From Candidatus Marinacidobacterium sp. (GTDB lineage: Bacteria > Acidobacteriota > Vicinamibacteria > Marinacidobacterales > Marinacidobacteraceae): a stretch of 64,000 nucleotides of DNA. The DNA lies in NCBI GenBank assembly GCA_965204755.1, contig OZ242011.1, positions 2,240,001-2,304,000 on the forward strand, written 5' to 3'. Every line of letters starts with the position of its first letter. Position 1 is the stretch's first letter. The notes beneath the pieces were generated by a model, which was given only the letters and a program-made list of their open reading frames with translations, made no database searches and was not told the origin of the DNA. Of this stretch, positions 53,045 to 63,071 are shown piece by piece. Made by a program: the position numbers and the translations under genes.

Positions 53045-53473
53045 TCAGATCCCGATGTAGTGGGCGGTCACGGTCCGCTCGCGCGGGCCGTCCAACTCGG
53101 CGAACAGGATGCTCTGCCACTGCCCCAGCGAGATCTCGCCCTCGTGGATCGGGACGGTCACATTGTGGCCGAGCACCGTCGCCCGGAGGTGGGCGTCGGC
53201 GTTCTTCCGCTCGCAGTCGGAACTGTCCTCGCAGTTGTGGAGGCACCCGGCGTCCTTGTCCACCAGCCGCTCCAGGAACTCCGCGAGGTCGGCCATCAGC
53301 GCCGCCTGGAACTCGTTCAGGAACAGCGCGGTCGTGGTGTGGAGGGTCGAGAGGATCAGGAACCCGGCCCGGATGCCCGAAGTCCGCGCCTGCTCCCGCA
53401 CCCGGTCGGAGATGTTGTGCAGTTCCACCCGCGAGTCCGTCACCAGTTTCAGCGTCCGGGACATGACCTTCAT
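53045..53473 (-). CDS. yjbQ: YjbQ/UPF0047 family protein
   Basis: HTTTALFLNE, NADAHL, LGQWQSILFAELDGPRER. ATG 53473 gives the usual ~140 aa; ATG 53599 is an alternative. Confidence 0.9.
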   Translation of the reverse strand: MKVMSRTLKLVTDSRVELHNISDRVREQARTSGIRAGFLILSTLHTTTALFLNEFQAALMADLAEFLERLVDKDAGCLHNCEDSSDCERKNADAHLRATVLGHNVTVPIHEGEISLGQWQSILFAELDGPRERTVTAHYIGI

Positions 53474-53704
53474 CTCGCCGCGGATCACTTTCGCGGAGGC
53501 GGGCTCGGTCTCGGCGGCCCGGATCGGCGGCGGGGAGGCGTTCTCGACCGCCTCCACAGCCGCGGCGGCGCTCGTCGCGCGGCGAAGTCCTCTCGGCATT
53601 CGACCTTTCAGTATATCCGAGCGGAGGCGCCCTGCGCCCGCGGCCGGACCTCCCCGGCGGGCGCCCCGGATCGCGGTCGCGGGCTGGGATACTCCGCCCC
53701 GAAG

Positions 53705-55174
53705 ATGACCGACGACCGGGCGATGGAGGCGCTGGCCGGGGAACTCCGCCCGCTCCTCGGCGAGGACGGTTTCCTCCTGCGCCCGGAACAGGTCCTCCCC
53801 TACGAGTGCGACGGCTCCACCGCCTTCCGGAGCGCGCCGCAGGCGGTCGCGCTGCCCCGCTCAACCGAGGAGACCGCCGCGGTCGTCCGCGCGGCGGCCG
53901 CCGCCGGGATCCCGTTCACCGCCCGCGGCGCCGGCACCGGCCTCTCCGGCGGGGCGACGCCCCTCGCCGGGGGCCTCGTCATCGCCCTCACCCGGATGAA
54001 CCGGATCCTGGCCCTCGATCCGGTCGAGCGGACCGCCCGGTGCCAGACCGGGGTGGTGAACCTGGAGATCTCCCGCGCCGCCGCCCCCCACGGACTCTTC
54101 TTCGCGCCCGACCCGTCCAGCCAGTCCGCCTGCACCCTGGGCGGGAACATCGCCGAGAACTCCGGCGGCGCCCACTGCTTCAAGTTGGGTTCCGCCACTT
54201 CGCACCTCACGGCCATGACGGTGGTGCTCGACGACGGCGAAGCGGTGGAACTCTCCGAGACCGACGCCGGCTACGACCTCGCCGGGCTCTTCACCGGCTC
54301 GGAGGGCACCTTCGGCATCGCCACCGAGGCGACCGTCCGGCTGCTCGCCCTGCCGGAGCGGGTCGAGACGCTGCTCGCGCCCTTCGCCGGGATGGCGCCC
54401 GCCTGCGAGGCGGTCTCCCGGATCGTGGCCGCGGGGATCGTCCCGGTGGCGATGGAGATGCTCGACCGGGCCGCGGTCCGCGTCGTCGAGGAGGGAATGG
54501 GCGCCGGCTACCCCGGAGACGCCGAAGCGGTGCTCCTGCTCGAACTCGACGGGACGGCCCCGGTGGTGGACCGGCAGCGCGCCGAAGTGGAGGCCGTCCT
54601 CCGGGAGTGCGGTTCGCTCGAAGTCCGCGTGGCGCGGGACGCCGAGGAACGGGAGCGCCTGTGGCGGGGGCGGAAGGGCGCTTTCGGGGCGATGGGGCGC
54701 ATCTCGACCGACCTCTATGTCCAGGACGGCGTCGTCCCCCGCTCCGCCCTCCCGGAAGTCCTCGCCGAAGTCGAACGCATCGGGAAGCGCCACCGCCTGC
54801 GCGTCGCCAATGTCTTCCATGCCGGTGACGGCAACCTCCACCCCTGCATCTCCTACGACGGGCGGGACGCCGGGGAGAAGGCGCGGGTGATGGCCGCGAG
54901 CGAGGAACTCCTCGAACTCGCCGTGCGGGTCGGCGGCGTCCTGTCCGGCGAACACGGCATCGGGATCGAGAAGCGGGACCACCTGCATCTCCTGTTCGGG
55001 GAGGCCGACCTCGAAGCCATGCGCCGGGTCCGCGGCGCCTGGGACCCGCGGGGCCTGCTGAACCCGGGGAAGGTGCTTCCGCTCGGCGCCGGATGTTCCG
55101 AAGGCGCGCGCGGCCTCGACGGAGGACTGCCCGGGCCCGGGCGCGTCGCGGCGATTCCCGGGGCTTGGATCTGA
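53705..55174 (+). CDS. glcD: FAD-linked oxidase, glycolate oxidase subunit GlcD-like
   Basis: RGAGTGLSGG, PDPSSQSACTLGGN, GSEGTFG, HAGDGNLHP, SGEHGIG, LNPGK. Confidence 0.9.
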   Translation: MTDDRAMEALAGELRPLLGEDGFLLRPEQVLPYECDGSTAFRSAPQAVALPRSTEETAAVVRAAAAAGIPFTARGAGTGLSGGATPLAGGLVIALTRMNRILALDPVERTARCQTGVVNLEISRAAAPHGLFFAPDPSSQSACTLGGNIAENSGGAHCFKLGSATSHLTAMTVVLDDGEAVELSETDAGYDLAGLFTGSEGTFGIATEATVRLLALPERVETLLAPFAGMAPACEAVSRIVAAGIVPVAMEMLDRAAVRVVEEGMGAGYPGDAEAVLLLELDGTAPVVDRQRAEVEAVLRECGSLEVRVARDAEERERLWRGRKGAFGAMGRISTDLYVQDGVVPRSALPEVLAEVERIGKRHRLRVANVFHAGDGNLHPCISYDGRDAGEKARVMAASEELLELAVRVGGVLSGEHGIGIEKRDHLHLLFGEADLEAMRRVRGAWDPRGLLNPGKVLPLGAGCSEGARGLDGGLPGPGRVAAIPGAWI

Positions 55175-56523
55175 TGCCGGCGCCGCTGTCGCCGGGGAAC
55201 CCGGGCGTCCGCCCGGAGACGGAGTCGGGAGTGGCCGAGGCGCTCGCGGAATCCGCGGCGGCGGGCCGGGCGGTGCTCGTTCGCGGCGGCGGCTCGCGGC
55301 TCGAGGACCTCCCCTCCGCCGCGCCGGAATCGGCCGCCGCCGTGCTCGAGACTCGCGGCCTCGCCGGCGTGATCGAACACCACTGCGAAGACCTGACCGT
55401 CGAGGCCTGGGCCGGGACCACGCTGGCGGAGATCCGGGAGGAGATCGCGCCGCGCGGCCAGTGCCTCCCGCTCGATCCGCCGTTCCCCGACCGCGCCACC
55501 CTCGGAGGCGTCATCGCCGCCGCGGAACCGGGGATCCGGAGATTCCCCGGCGCGCGGCCCCGCGACCTCCTGCTCGGGCTCACCGCGGTGCTCGAAGACG
55601 GCGCCCGCATCCGTTCCGGCGGGCGCGTCGTCAAGAATGTGACCGGGTACGAACTCACCAAGTTGTTCACCGGCTCCTACGGCACCCTCGGGGTGGTCAC
55701 CCGCGTGGCGCTGCGGCTCCGGGCGCTCCCCGAAGCCGCCCGGACCTGGCTGTTCCCGCTGCCCGTCGGGGACTCCCCGGACGAGTTCACCGATCGGGTC
55801 CTCGGCGGGCTGGCCGTCGCCGGCGAGCCGGAGGTCGCTGCTGTCGTTCCTCCGGGGTTGGGCCTGCCCGGACTCCCGGAGACCGGCGGTTTCCGCCTGG
55901 CGCTCCGCTACGAGGGGCTCGCCGAGGAAGCCGACTACCCGGTAGCGCGGGCCGCGGCCGCGCTCGGGAGCGAGGCGGAGGAAGTCACCGGGCCGGCGGC
56001 CGCCGCGCTTCGGGACAGGGTGCGCGACTTCCTCCCCGCCGTCCCCCGGCGCCGGAGGTCGCAACCGGAAGGCGGCGGCAGCGACTTCGGGCTCTCCGCC
56101 CGGGGCGGCCGGGCGGCGGCGCTCCGGACCGCCTGGCGTTGGGCGGAATTCGGGCCGGCGATGGCGCTCCCCGACCAGAACCGCGCGCTGGCCGCCGTCC
56201 CCGGAGAGTCGCTCGGCCCGGCTCTCGCCGCCGCCGCGAAGGAGCCGGGCGTCGTGGCGGCGCTCGAATCGGTCCCGCCGGACTGGCAACGGTTCTTGGG
56301 CGCGATCCCGGCGCAGATGCCGTCCGCAGGGGACGGCGGCGGATCCGCAGTCTTCTTCCCGGAGCCTCCGCTCGCCGCCCGGCGGATCATGCGCCGCCTC
56401 CGGGAGGCCCTGGCCCCGGCCGGCCGCTTCCACCCCGGCCCCTTCCGCTGGCTCCGGGAAACCGGCGCGGCGGTTCCCGCCGCCGCCGCGGCCGGCGCCG
56501 CCCCGGCGCGGCGGACCGCATGA
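55174..56523 (+). CDS. glcE: Glycolate oxidase FAD-binding subunit GlcE-like
   Basis: LPLDPP, ATLGG, GGRVVKNVTGYEL, GSYGTLGV; TGATG overlap with glcD. Confidence 0.87.
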   Translation: MPAPLSPGNPGVRPETESGVAEALAESAAAGRAVLVRGGGSRLEDLPSAAPESAAAVLETRGLAGVIEHHCEDLTVEAWAGTTLAEIREEIAPRGQCLPLDPPFPDRATLGGVIAAAEPGIRRFPGARPRDLLLGLTAVLEDGARIRSGGRVVKNVTGYELTKLFTGSYGTLGVVTRVALRLRALPEAARTWLFPLPVGDSPDEFTDRVLGGLAVAGEPEVAAVVPPGLGLPGLPETGGFRLALRYEGLAEEADYPVARAAAALGSEAEEVTGPAAAALRDRVRDFLPAVPRRRRSQPEGGGSDFGLSARGGRAAALRTAWRWAEFGPAMALPDQNRALAAVPGESLGPALAAAAKEPGVVAALESVPPDWQRFLGAIPAQMPSAGDGGGSAVFFPEPPLAARRIMRRLREALAPAGRFHPGPFRWLRETGAAVPAAAAAGAAPARRTA

Positions 56524-57875
56524 CCGCGCCCGTTCCGCTGCCGGTGGCGCCCGGCGACTCGCCGGAGGCGCGGCGGCTCTACGAGCAGACGCTCGCCTGC
56601 GTCCACTGCGGGTTGTGCCTGCCGGCCTGTCCGGCCTACGAGAACGCCCCCCGCGAGTCGCTCGCGCCCCGGGGCCAGGTGTTCATCGCCCGGGCGCTCC
56701 TCGAAGGCCGGCTGGAGCCGACCGCCGGAGTCGCAGACGACCTCTACGAGTGCCTCGCCTGCCGAGGCTGCGAGACGGTCTGTCCGGCCGGCGTCCGCGT
56801 GGGCGCGATCGTCGAGGGAACGCGGGCGCTGCTCACCGAGGAGCAGGTCGAACCGGCGGCCCTCCGCGCGGCGCGCCGGCTCCTGCTGGAACAGGTCGTG
56901 GCCCGCCCCCGGGTGCTGGCCTTCGCGGTAGCGCTGCTGCGGGTGGTCGAGCGCGCGGGACTCCGCCGGCTCGCGCGGCGGCTGATCGCCGCCTTCGCCC
57001 CCGGACTCGCCGCCCGCGAGCGCCTGCTGCCCCGGATCCCCCCGCGCCGGCCGCTGCCCCGGTCGGCGGCCCCGCGCGCCGGCGCCGCCCGGAAGGGTCG
57101 GGCGGCGCTCTTCGCCGGCTGCATCGCCCCGCACTTCCGCCCGGAGACGAGCCTCGCGGCGGTCGAGGCGCTCACCCGGAACGGCTGGGAAGTCGTCGTC
57201 CCGGAGGGGCAGGGGTGCTGCGGCGCCCTCCACCTCCACGCCGGCCTCCCCGACGCCGCCCGCCGGCTGGCCCGGCGGAACCTCGCCGCCTTCCCGGCGG
57301 ACGCCCCCATCGTCACCACCGCCGCCGGCTGCGGCGCGGCGCTCTCCGAGGTCGGCGAACTCCTCGGCGGCGACGACGGCGACGAAGCCGCCGCCTCCTT
57401 CGCCGGCCGGGTCGCCGACATCTCCGCCTTCCTCGCGGAACACGGTTTCGAGCCCCCGGCGGCCGGCTTGGCGGACGCGGCGGAGGCCGCCCCGCTCCGG
57501 GTGGCGTACGACGCCCCCTGCCACCTGTTCCACGCGCAGCGGGTGCGGGAACAGCCGCTCCGCCTGCTCGAATCCATCCCCGGCCTGGTTCTCGCCCAAG
57601 TCCGCGACCCGGAGCGCTGCTGCGGCAGCGCCGGCATCTACAACCTGACCCGCCACCGGACCTCGATGGCCGTCCTCGACCGCAAGATGGCGAACCTCGC
57701 CCCGGCCGACCCGGCCATCATCGCCACCGGCAACATCGGCTGCCACCTGCAACTCGAAGAGGGCGTCCGCCGCGCCGGCCTCCGGGCGGCCGTCGCCCAC
57801 CCGGTGGAACTCCTCGCCCGCGCCTACCGCCGCGCCGACGCCGCGGCCGCCGTCAACCCGCCCCCGGCGGACTGA
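56520..57875 (+). CDS. glcF: Glycolate oxidase Fe-S subunit GlcF-like
   Basis: CVHCGLCLPACP, CLACRGCETVCP, CCGAL and CCGSAGIYN (CCG domains); ATGA overlap. Confidence 0.9.
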   Translation: MTAPVPLPVAPGDSPEARRLYEQTLACVHCGLCLPACPAYENAPRESLAPRGQVFIARALLEGRLEPTAGVADDLYECLACRGCETVCPAGVRVGAIVEGTRALLTEEQVEPAALRAARRLLLEQVVARPRVLAFAVALLRVVERAGLRRLARRLIAAFAPGLAARERLLPRIPPRRPLPRSAAPRAGAARKGRAALFAGCIAPHFRPETSLAAVEALTRNGWEVVVPEGQGCCGALHLHAGLPDAARRLARRNLAAFPADAPIVTTAAGCGAALSEVGELLGGDDGDEAAASFAGRVADISAFLAEHGFEPPAAGLADAAEAAPLRVAYDAPCHLFHAQRVREQPLRLLESIPGLVLAQVRDPERCCGSAGIYNLTRHRTSMAVLDRKMANLAPADPAIIATGNIGCHLQLEEGVRRAGLRAAVAHPVELLARAYRRADAAAAVNPPPAD

Positions 57876-58254
57876 CATCGAGCACCCGCACCGCCACCCG
57901 CCGCCGCTCCTCTTCGCTGAGCCCCTCCCGCAGCGACCGCTCCAGCGCCGCCGCGTCCGCGAACCGCCGCCCCGTCTCCGAATCGCGCCGCGCGTACTCG
58001 GCGCCGTGCCACGGCACGATGAATATCCCGAAGCCCCCGGTCGCGGGATCGTTCGCGTACCGGGCCGGCGGTCGTTCGCCTGCGGCGGTCCACCAGAACC
58101 GGCGGTCGGCTTTCCTCAGTTCGACCGGGACACCGATGGCGCCGGCAGAGACGCGAAGGTCCGCGCGCGGATCCTGCGGGCGCCGGTGTTCGGGCCGGGC
58201 CTCGCCGGCGCCGGGCAGGAGCCGGCCCGGCGCCGAGAGCGGCGCGTCGCGCAG
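57853..58254 (-). pseudogene. Detached, degenerate C-terminal PD-(D/E)xK-like domain of the STAND NTPase
   Basis: The same frame continues for 133 codons after the TGA at 58255-57: LRDAPLS...RADLRVS...VPVELRK...YANDPATGGFGIFIVPWHG...VRVLDVSPP, ending at TGA 57853-55. Confidence 0.75.
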
Positions 58255-61200
58255 TCAGCCCTCGCCTTCGGGTCGAGCGGGGCTTTCGGTCCGGAACATC
58301 TCGCGGGGACGGTCGTTCGTCGTTCGCATCCCGGCCGCGGTCCGGTCGAGCCGTTCGGCGACGAGTTCCCGGAGGTCGGCAGGACTCGCCGGTGCGCCTA
58401 TTCGCAGCATTTCGACCACTTCCCGCGCAGTCGGCGCCGATGCGCCGGCATCCCGAGTCAGGACCAGATGCCGTTCGCGCGCCCGGTGCAGGGCGCTCGA
58501 CCACGGAGCGAGGTCCGGATCACCGGCCAGGCGCGTCAGCGCGGCGCCGGCTTCGGGCGTGGCCACTTTGCCGAGATGGCGGATCAGCCGCGCCACCAAC
58601 CCAGCCCCCTCGTCCGGGAGATGGGCTTCGTGGAAGGCGGTCCTCGGTACGGCCTGCGGCCCGAAGGTGCGGACGAGGAACGAAAGAGCGCCGGTCGGCA
58701 GCGGACGCATCAGGAAGTCGGGGTCTTCGGGTGGCGAGAAGAAGTTCAGAAGCGCTCGGCGACGGGCATCGCCGCCTCGGATCTCCCGCTCCAACAGCGG
58801 CAGGAACCGCCCGGACGCCAGCGCGAGACCGGCGGCGAGCCAGCAAACCCGCTGCACCCGAAGGGCGCTTCGGTTCGCGGTCTTGCCGGCGATCACTTCT
58901 TCCAGCATCCCGGCGGGGGCGTGTCGCAGCGCGCTCCACAACAGTTCGTTCAGCACCGGGAGTCCGGAAGTCCGGGCGCGCGGGGGAAACGAGCGCAGGA
59001 GCGGGATCGAGGCGAGCGCGGCGACCCGGGAGTACGCCTCGTCGAAGGCGAGCGAGAACCCGGCGAGCCGGGGCGCGCCTTCGGCGAGCCGCGGCCGAGC
59101 CGCGCGCGTCAACTCCTCGGCCACCAGCCGCGGACGCGCCTCCAGGAGGCGCTCGAACCACGGTTCCGAGTGGTTCGTCCGAAGGACGAAGGAGAACGCC
59201 ACCGCAGAGCGCAACCGGTCTTCGTCCTCCGGCGCGTTTCCTTCCGAGAGCGCAGCGGAGAGCCCCGCCAACACGGCGAGCCCGAGCGGATGGCTCCCGC
59301 CCCCCCCGTCTCCGTTTGCGCCGCCGCGCGCGATGGACGCCGCGTCCGGAAGGTCCGCGCGGTGTGGAGCGCCGCGAAGACCGGCCAGCGCCGCCTCGAA
59401 GAGCGTCCGGTCTCCGGCCATCGCGTCCGAGAGCCGATGCCGCTCCGGGCGCGCCGCGCCGGGGCCGCGGTCGAAGCAGGCCCTCGCCAAACGGTTCAGC
59501 AGGTCCGGGCTGCCCCGGTTCTCGCGGAGCGCCGCCCGTTCCCGCCATACGGCCTCCCGGAGGCGCGTATTGCCGGCGGGGCGAGGGTTCTCGTAAGGCC
59601 GGAGGCGCCGCCGCTCCTCCAGATAGCCGTCCGGCAGATCGCTCCGGTCGAAGGCCGCCAGCCGGCCCGACAGCGAGGGGCGGTCTCCGAGCGCGGCTCG
59701 GGCCTGTTCGAGCGCCCCCCGGTCCGCGTAGGGACGGCGGAACAATTCGCTCCGGTAAGCGATGACATGCCGTTCCGAGACCCGGAGGTCATCGGCGGCG
59801 GCGGCTTCGCGAAAGTGCCAGTCCCCGAGATCGTCAGGCGGGGCCGCCCGATAGACGAGTTCGTGGACATCGCGGGCGATGGCCGGCCGTCCCCGCAAGT
59901 CCTCGGTCCGCATCGCGTGCCGAATGACCGCCTTCTGGATCTCCGGACGGTCCTCCAGCCAGCGGCGCACTCCTTCCGCTTCCTGAACGGGCAGCGGTTC
60001 CGTGGAGTACGGGCCGCGCCAATCGGTAAGCCCCAGCCGCAGCCAGCGGTACAGCCGCGTTGTTTCCACCTCCTCCCCGAACGCGGACAGGCCGCGGGCC
60101 AGCAGCCGAAGCGGGATTTCGGGGAGTTCCCAGGTCCGGAACCGGTGACGAAACTCGTGGCGCGAGACCGCCAGCGTGTCGAGGTGGGCGGGAAGGTCCG
60201 ACTCCGGGCAGTCGCTTCCGACGGATTCCCAGAAGCGGCGGCCCCGGCCCGATACGAGGAGTCGAGGCGCCTCGAAGTACTTCCAGAGATCGTTCGGCTC
60301 GATCCTCCCGGGATAGAGGGCGTGAAGGAGAGTCCCCCGGAGTTCTTGGTCGGGGTCGGGGACCTCTCCGGCAGCCGTTGCCTCGAGCAGGCGGCAGAGC
60401 CGGCCGGCGCCCGTTTCTCCCGTCCGCTCGGCGGCGATGAGGTAGTCGAGCGCGGCGCGGCGCGCGCGGATTCCCAGCGGTTCGATCGGCGCCGCCTCCT
60501 CCGCCGCGTCGAGCGCCGCCTCGGAGAAGAGTCCCGCCTTCGCCATGCCCCGCAGTACGAATTCGAGATCCGGCGTAGGCGGCGCCGTACGGTCGGGCGC
60601 TCCGAGACGGGCGACCAGGGAGCGCTCTGCCTCCGGCGCGATCGGCGCGCGCGCCGCCCCGGTGGGCGGGGGCCGGATGCCGCGCTCGTCGGTCCGGCCC
60701 ACGAGGGCGAGCAGGCGCATGAGTTCTTCGGTCGAGAGGGCGTCGGCGTCCCCGTACCGCAGTACCGCTTCGGGGTCCATCCGCATCAACCTGCACCGCG
60801 CCGTGGGGCATAGAGCGGCGAGCCACGCCGCGAGGCCGCGGATCGGTGAGGGAGGCGCTCCCCCGTCGCGCGCCAGCAGCGCGAGAGCGCGCTCTACCGA
60901 CAGCGCCTCCTCGGTGCGCTCGATCCGCTTCGTCAGGTGACGGCCAGCGAGGAAGGCGGCGATCTGCGGATGGGCGGGGGAGACCGAGCCGTTCTCGTTC
61001 GCCGAGAACAGTCGCGATCTGAGCGCGGCGGTCGCGGCGGAGGCTTCCCGATCCCCGACGAGATCGGCTACGGAAGCGCCCGGCGCTCCTCCCGGCAACC
61101 GGGTTCCCGGTTCGTCCGCGAGCAGCAGGACGGCCGACAGGAAGCCGGCGGCATCGAGTATCGCGGGAATCGACACCCGACGGCCCTTCGCGAGCCGGCG

Positions 61201-61842
61201 CCCTTCGTCCTGCTCGGCGGCCAGCGACACGCAGGCGCCTTCGAACAGGGCGGCGCGGTTCCGGGGCCATTCGCCGGCGCGTCGAATGGCTCGAAGCAGC
61301 AGGTTCAGGTTCAACGGGTTTCCGAGCAACCCCGGGAGGCCGTCGGGGTCGGGCCGGCCCGATATCTCGGGCGCGGCGGCCAGTCGGGCTTCGATCTGCT
61401 CCGGAGTCAGGGGTTCGAGCCGGAGCACCGTGACTTCCCCGACAGCGACGCGCGCCAGGCGCTCCCGGTCGCGGTCACCCGACCAGTCGGCTTCGCGGCA
61501 GGAGATGCGGAACGCCGGCGGCTGCAGGGTGTCGAGCCGCTCGCAAACCCGATCGAACGGACGCTGCGAATCGCCCCTCCCGGCCCGGACTTCGTCCAGC
61601 GCGTCCACGAACAGCGGAGCGCGACCCCATTCGGGATGGCGGTCGAGTTCGAGGCTCACGAAGTCTCGCGCCGGCAGGAACCAGCCGCCTGCGGCCCTTG
61701 CCTCCTCTTGGAACGAGGTCGTTTTCCCCGCGCCGGGGTCGCCGAGCAGCACATAGGCCGCATCGCTGCGGAAGGCGGAGAGCGGCTGCGGCGCCTCGCC
61801 CGCGTCCGGGACCAACCGTCGCGCCAGGCGCTTGAAGGTCAA
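58255..61842 (-). CDS. STAND/NACHT-type NTPase with a long helical sensor region, truncated by a premature stop
   Basis: Walker A GDPGAGKTT, Walker B LFVDALDEVR, ISCREADW, GNPLNL, long helical repeats. The TTG start overlaps the upstream stop (TTGA). Confidence 0.85.
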   Translation of the reverse strand: MTFKRLARRLVPDAGEAPQPLSAFRSDAAYVLLGDPGAGKTTSFQEEARAAGGWFLPARDFVSLELDRHPEWGRAPLFVDALDEVRAGRGDSQRPFDRVCERLDTLQPPAFRISCREADWSGDRDRERLARVAVGEVTVLRLEPLTPEQIEARLAAAPEISGRPDPDGLPGLLGNPLNLNLLLRAIRRAGEWPRNRAALFEGACVSLAAEQDEGRRLAKGRRVSIPAILDAAGFLSAVLLLADEPGTRLPGGAPGASVADLVGDREASAATAALRSRLFSANENGSVSPAHPQIAAFLAGRHLTKRIERTEEALSVERALALLARDGGAPPSPIRGLAAWLAALCPTARCRLMRMDPEAVLRYGDADALSTEELMRLLALVGRTDERGIRPPPTGAARAPIAPEAERSLVARLGAPDRTAPPTPDLEFVLRGMAKAGLFSEAALDAAEEAAPIEPLGIRARRAALDYLIAAERTGETGAGRLCRLLEATAAGEVPDPDQELRGTLLHALYPGRIEPNDLWKYFEAPRLLVSGRGRRFWESVGSDCPESDLPAHLDTLAVSRHEFRHRFRTWELPEIPLRLLARGLSAFGEEVETTRLYRWLRLGLTDWRGPYSTEPLPVQEAEGVRRWLEDRPEIQKAVIRHAMRTEDLRGRPAIARDVHELVYRAAPPDDLGDWHFREAAAADDLRVSERHVIAYRSELFRRPYADRGALEQARAALGDRPSLSGRLAAFDRSDLPDGYLEERRRLRPYENPRPAGNTRLREAVWRERAALRENRGSPDLLNRLARACFDRGPGAARPERHRLSDAMAGDRTLFEAALAGLRGAPHRADLPDAASIARGGANGDGGGGSHPLGLAVLAGLSAALSEGNAPEDEDRLRSAVAFSFVLRTNHSEPWFERLLEARPRLVAEELTRAARPRLAEGAPRLAGFSLAFDEAYSRVAALASIPLLRSFPPRARTSGLPVLNELLWSALRHAPAGMLEEVIAGKTANRSALRVQRVCWLAAGLALASGRFLPLLEREIRGGDARRRALLNFFSPPEDPDFLMRPLPTGALSFLVRTFGPQAVPRTAFHEAHLPDEGAGLVARLIRHLGKVATPEAGAALTRLAGDPDLAPWSSALHRARERHLVLTRDAGASAPTAREVVEMLRIGAPASPADLRELVAERLDRTAAGMRTTNDRPREMFRTESPARPEGEG

Positions 61843-63071
61843 GACCCGCCTTTCTCGACCCAGTACTCCCCAGATCGGGAAAGGAACTCCGGGAGGGGCA
61901 CTCCACCTTCGCCGACGAGGAGGGTGCGGGCGCGGGGAAAGTGGCGGCGGAACACGGGGAAGCCCTTGATCGGCCGCGGCCGCGATCCCGATTTCACCTC
62001 GATCGCCAGGAGATGCGGCCCCCGCTCCAGGACGAAGTCCGCCTCGAACCGGCCGTGACGCCAGTAGTGCAGTTCATACCTGGTGCGCCCCAGCCGAAAG
62101 AGGTGGGCGCCGACGGCAGACTCGACCAGGCGTCCCCAATAGGGCCGGTCGTTTTGCGCCTCCGCGAAGGTCCTGGTGCTCCGGACCGTCATGAGCGCCG
62201 TGTTCTGAACGACCAACTTGGGGCTCGACCGCCGCCGCCGCAGGGGGCGGTAGGGATACTTCGACAGGGCGGCGACAGCGCCGACTGCTTGAAGAAGGTC
62301 GAGTTGCGCGGCCACGGTCGTCGTGTTTCCGGCGTCGGCGATGAGTTCCGCCAACTCCGCGTAGGTGACGATCTGGCCGGAAAGCCGCGAACCGACCGAG
62401 AGGATTTCCGCGAGGACGGTCTGCTTGTGGATGCGGGCCATCGCGATCAGGTCGCGGGTGAGCGTCGGTTCGATGTAGCCCAGTTGGATTGCCTCCCGCC
62501 ACCGCTCTTCGTCACCGATGAGGTTCGCGGGCCCGGGAAAGCCGCCGAAGAACAGGAACTGCGGCAAGTCGAATCCGAAGGCATCCTCCATCTCCGGAAA
62601 CGACCAGTGCGGGACGGAAATCACTTCGAACCGGCCGGTCATCCCCTCGGTGAGGCCGCGCTGCACCGCGAACGGGGCGGAACCGAGGATCACGACCCGG
62701 AGCGGAATGTCGAGCCGGCGGTCCTCGTCCCAGAGCCCCTTGACCGTGGTGGACCACTGCGGGATCCGGTGGATTTCGTCGAAGATGGCGACGGCCCCCC
62801 GCCCTCCGCCGGCCTGTCTCGCGATCTCGCGGGCTTCGAGCCAGCGGTGGCCGAGCCAGAGCCGGTCGATCGGCTCGTCCGACGGGTTTCCCCGGAAGTC
62901 CTCGGCGCTCCAATACAGCGCCGGCTGCGGCAGGGACGCCATCGCCTGCCGGGCGATGGTGGTCTTTCCGCTCTGCCGCGGCCCGAAGAGGATCTGGATG
63001 GGGCCGGGGGGCTCCTCCATCCGCTCGACCAAGACGCGGACCTGCGCTCGACGATAGGCGGGAACGGCCAT
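61839..63071 (-). CDS. AAA_14 ATPase with winged-helix and DUF4143 (restriction-endonuclease-like) domain
   Basis: GPRQSGKTT, FDEIH, ILGSA, GGFP, GRLVESAVG, YWR..EADFV..AIEVKSG. Confidence 0.9.
   Translation of the reverse strand: MAVPAYRRAQVRVLVERMEEPPGPIQILFGPRQSGKTTIARQAMASLPQPALYWSAEDFRGNPSDEPIDRLWLGHRWLEAREIARQAGGGRGAVAIFDEIHRIPQWSTTVKGLWDEDRRLDIPLRVVILGSAPFAVQRGLTEGMTGRFEVISVPHWSFPEMEDAFGFDLPQFLFFGGFPGPANLIGDEERWREAIQLGYIEPTLTRDLIAMARIHKQTVLAEILSVGSRLSGQIVTYAELAELIADAGNTTTVAAQLDLLQAVGAVAALSKYPYRPLRRRRSSPKLVVQNTALMTVRSTRTFAEAQNDRPYWGRLVESAVGAHLFRLGRTRYELHYWRHGRFEADFVLERGPHLLAIEVKSGSRPRPIKGFPVFRRHFPRARTLLVGEGGVPLPEFLSRSGEYWVEKGGS

Noticed and set aside
58255-58257. Selenocysteine or programmed read-through at the in-frame TGA
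   Set aside because: No redox-motif context and no convincing SECIS seen. The downstream segment looks degenerate, which fits a nonsense mutation better. TGA is used as a normal stop throughout the window.
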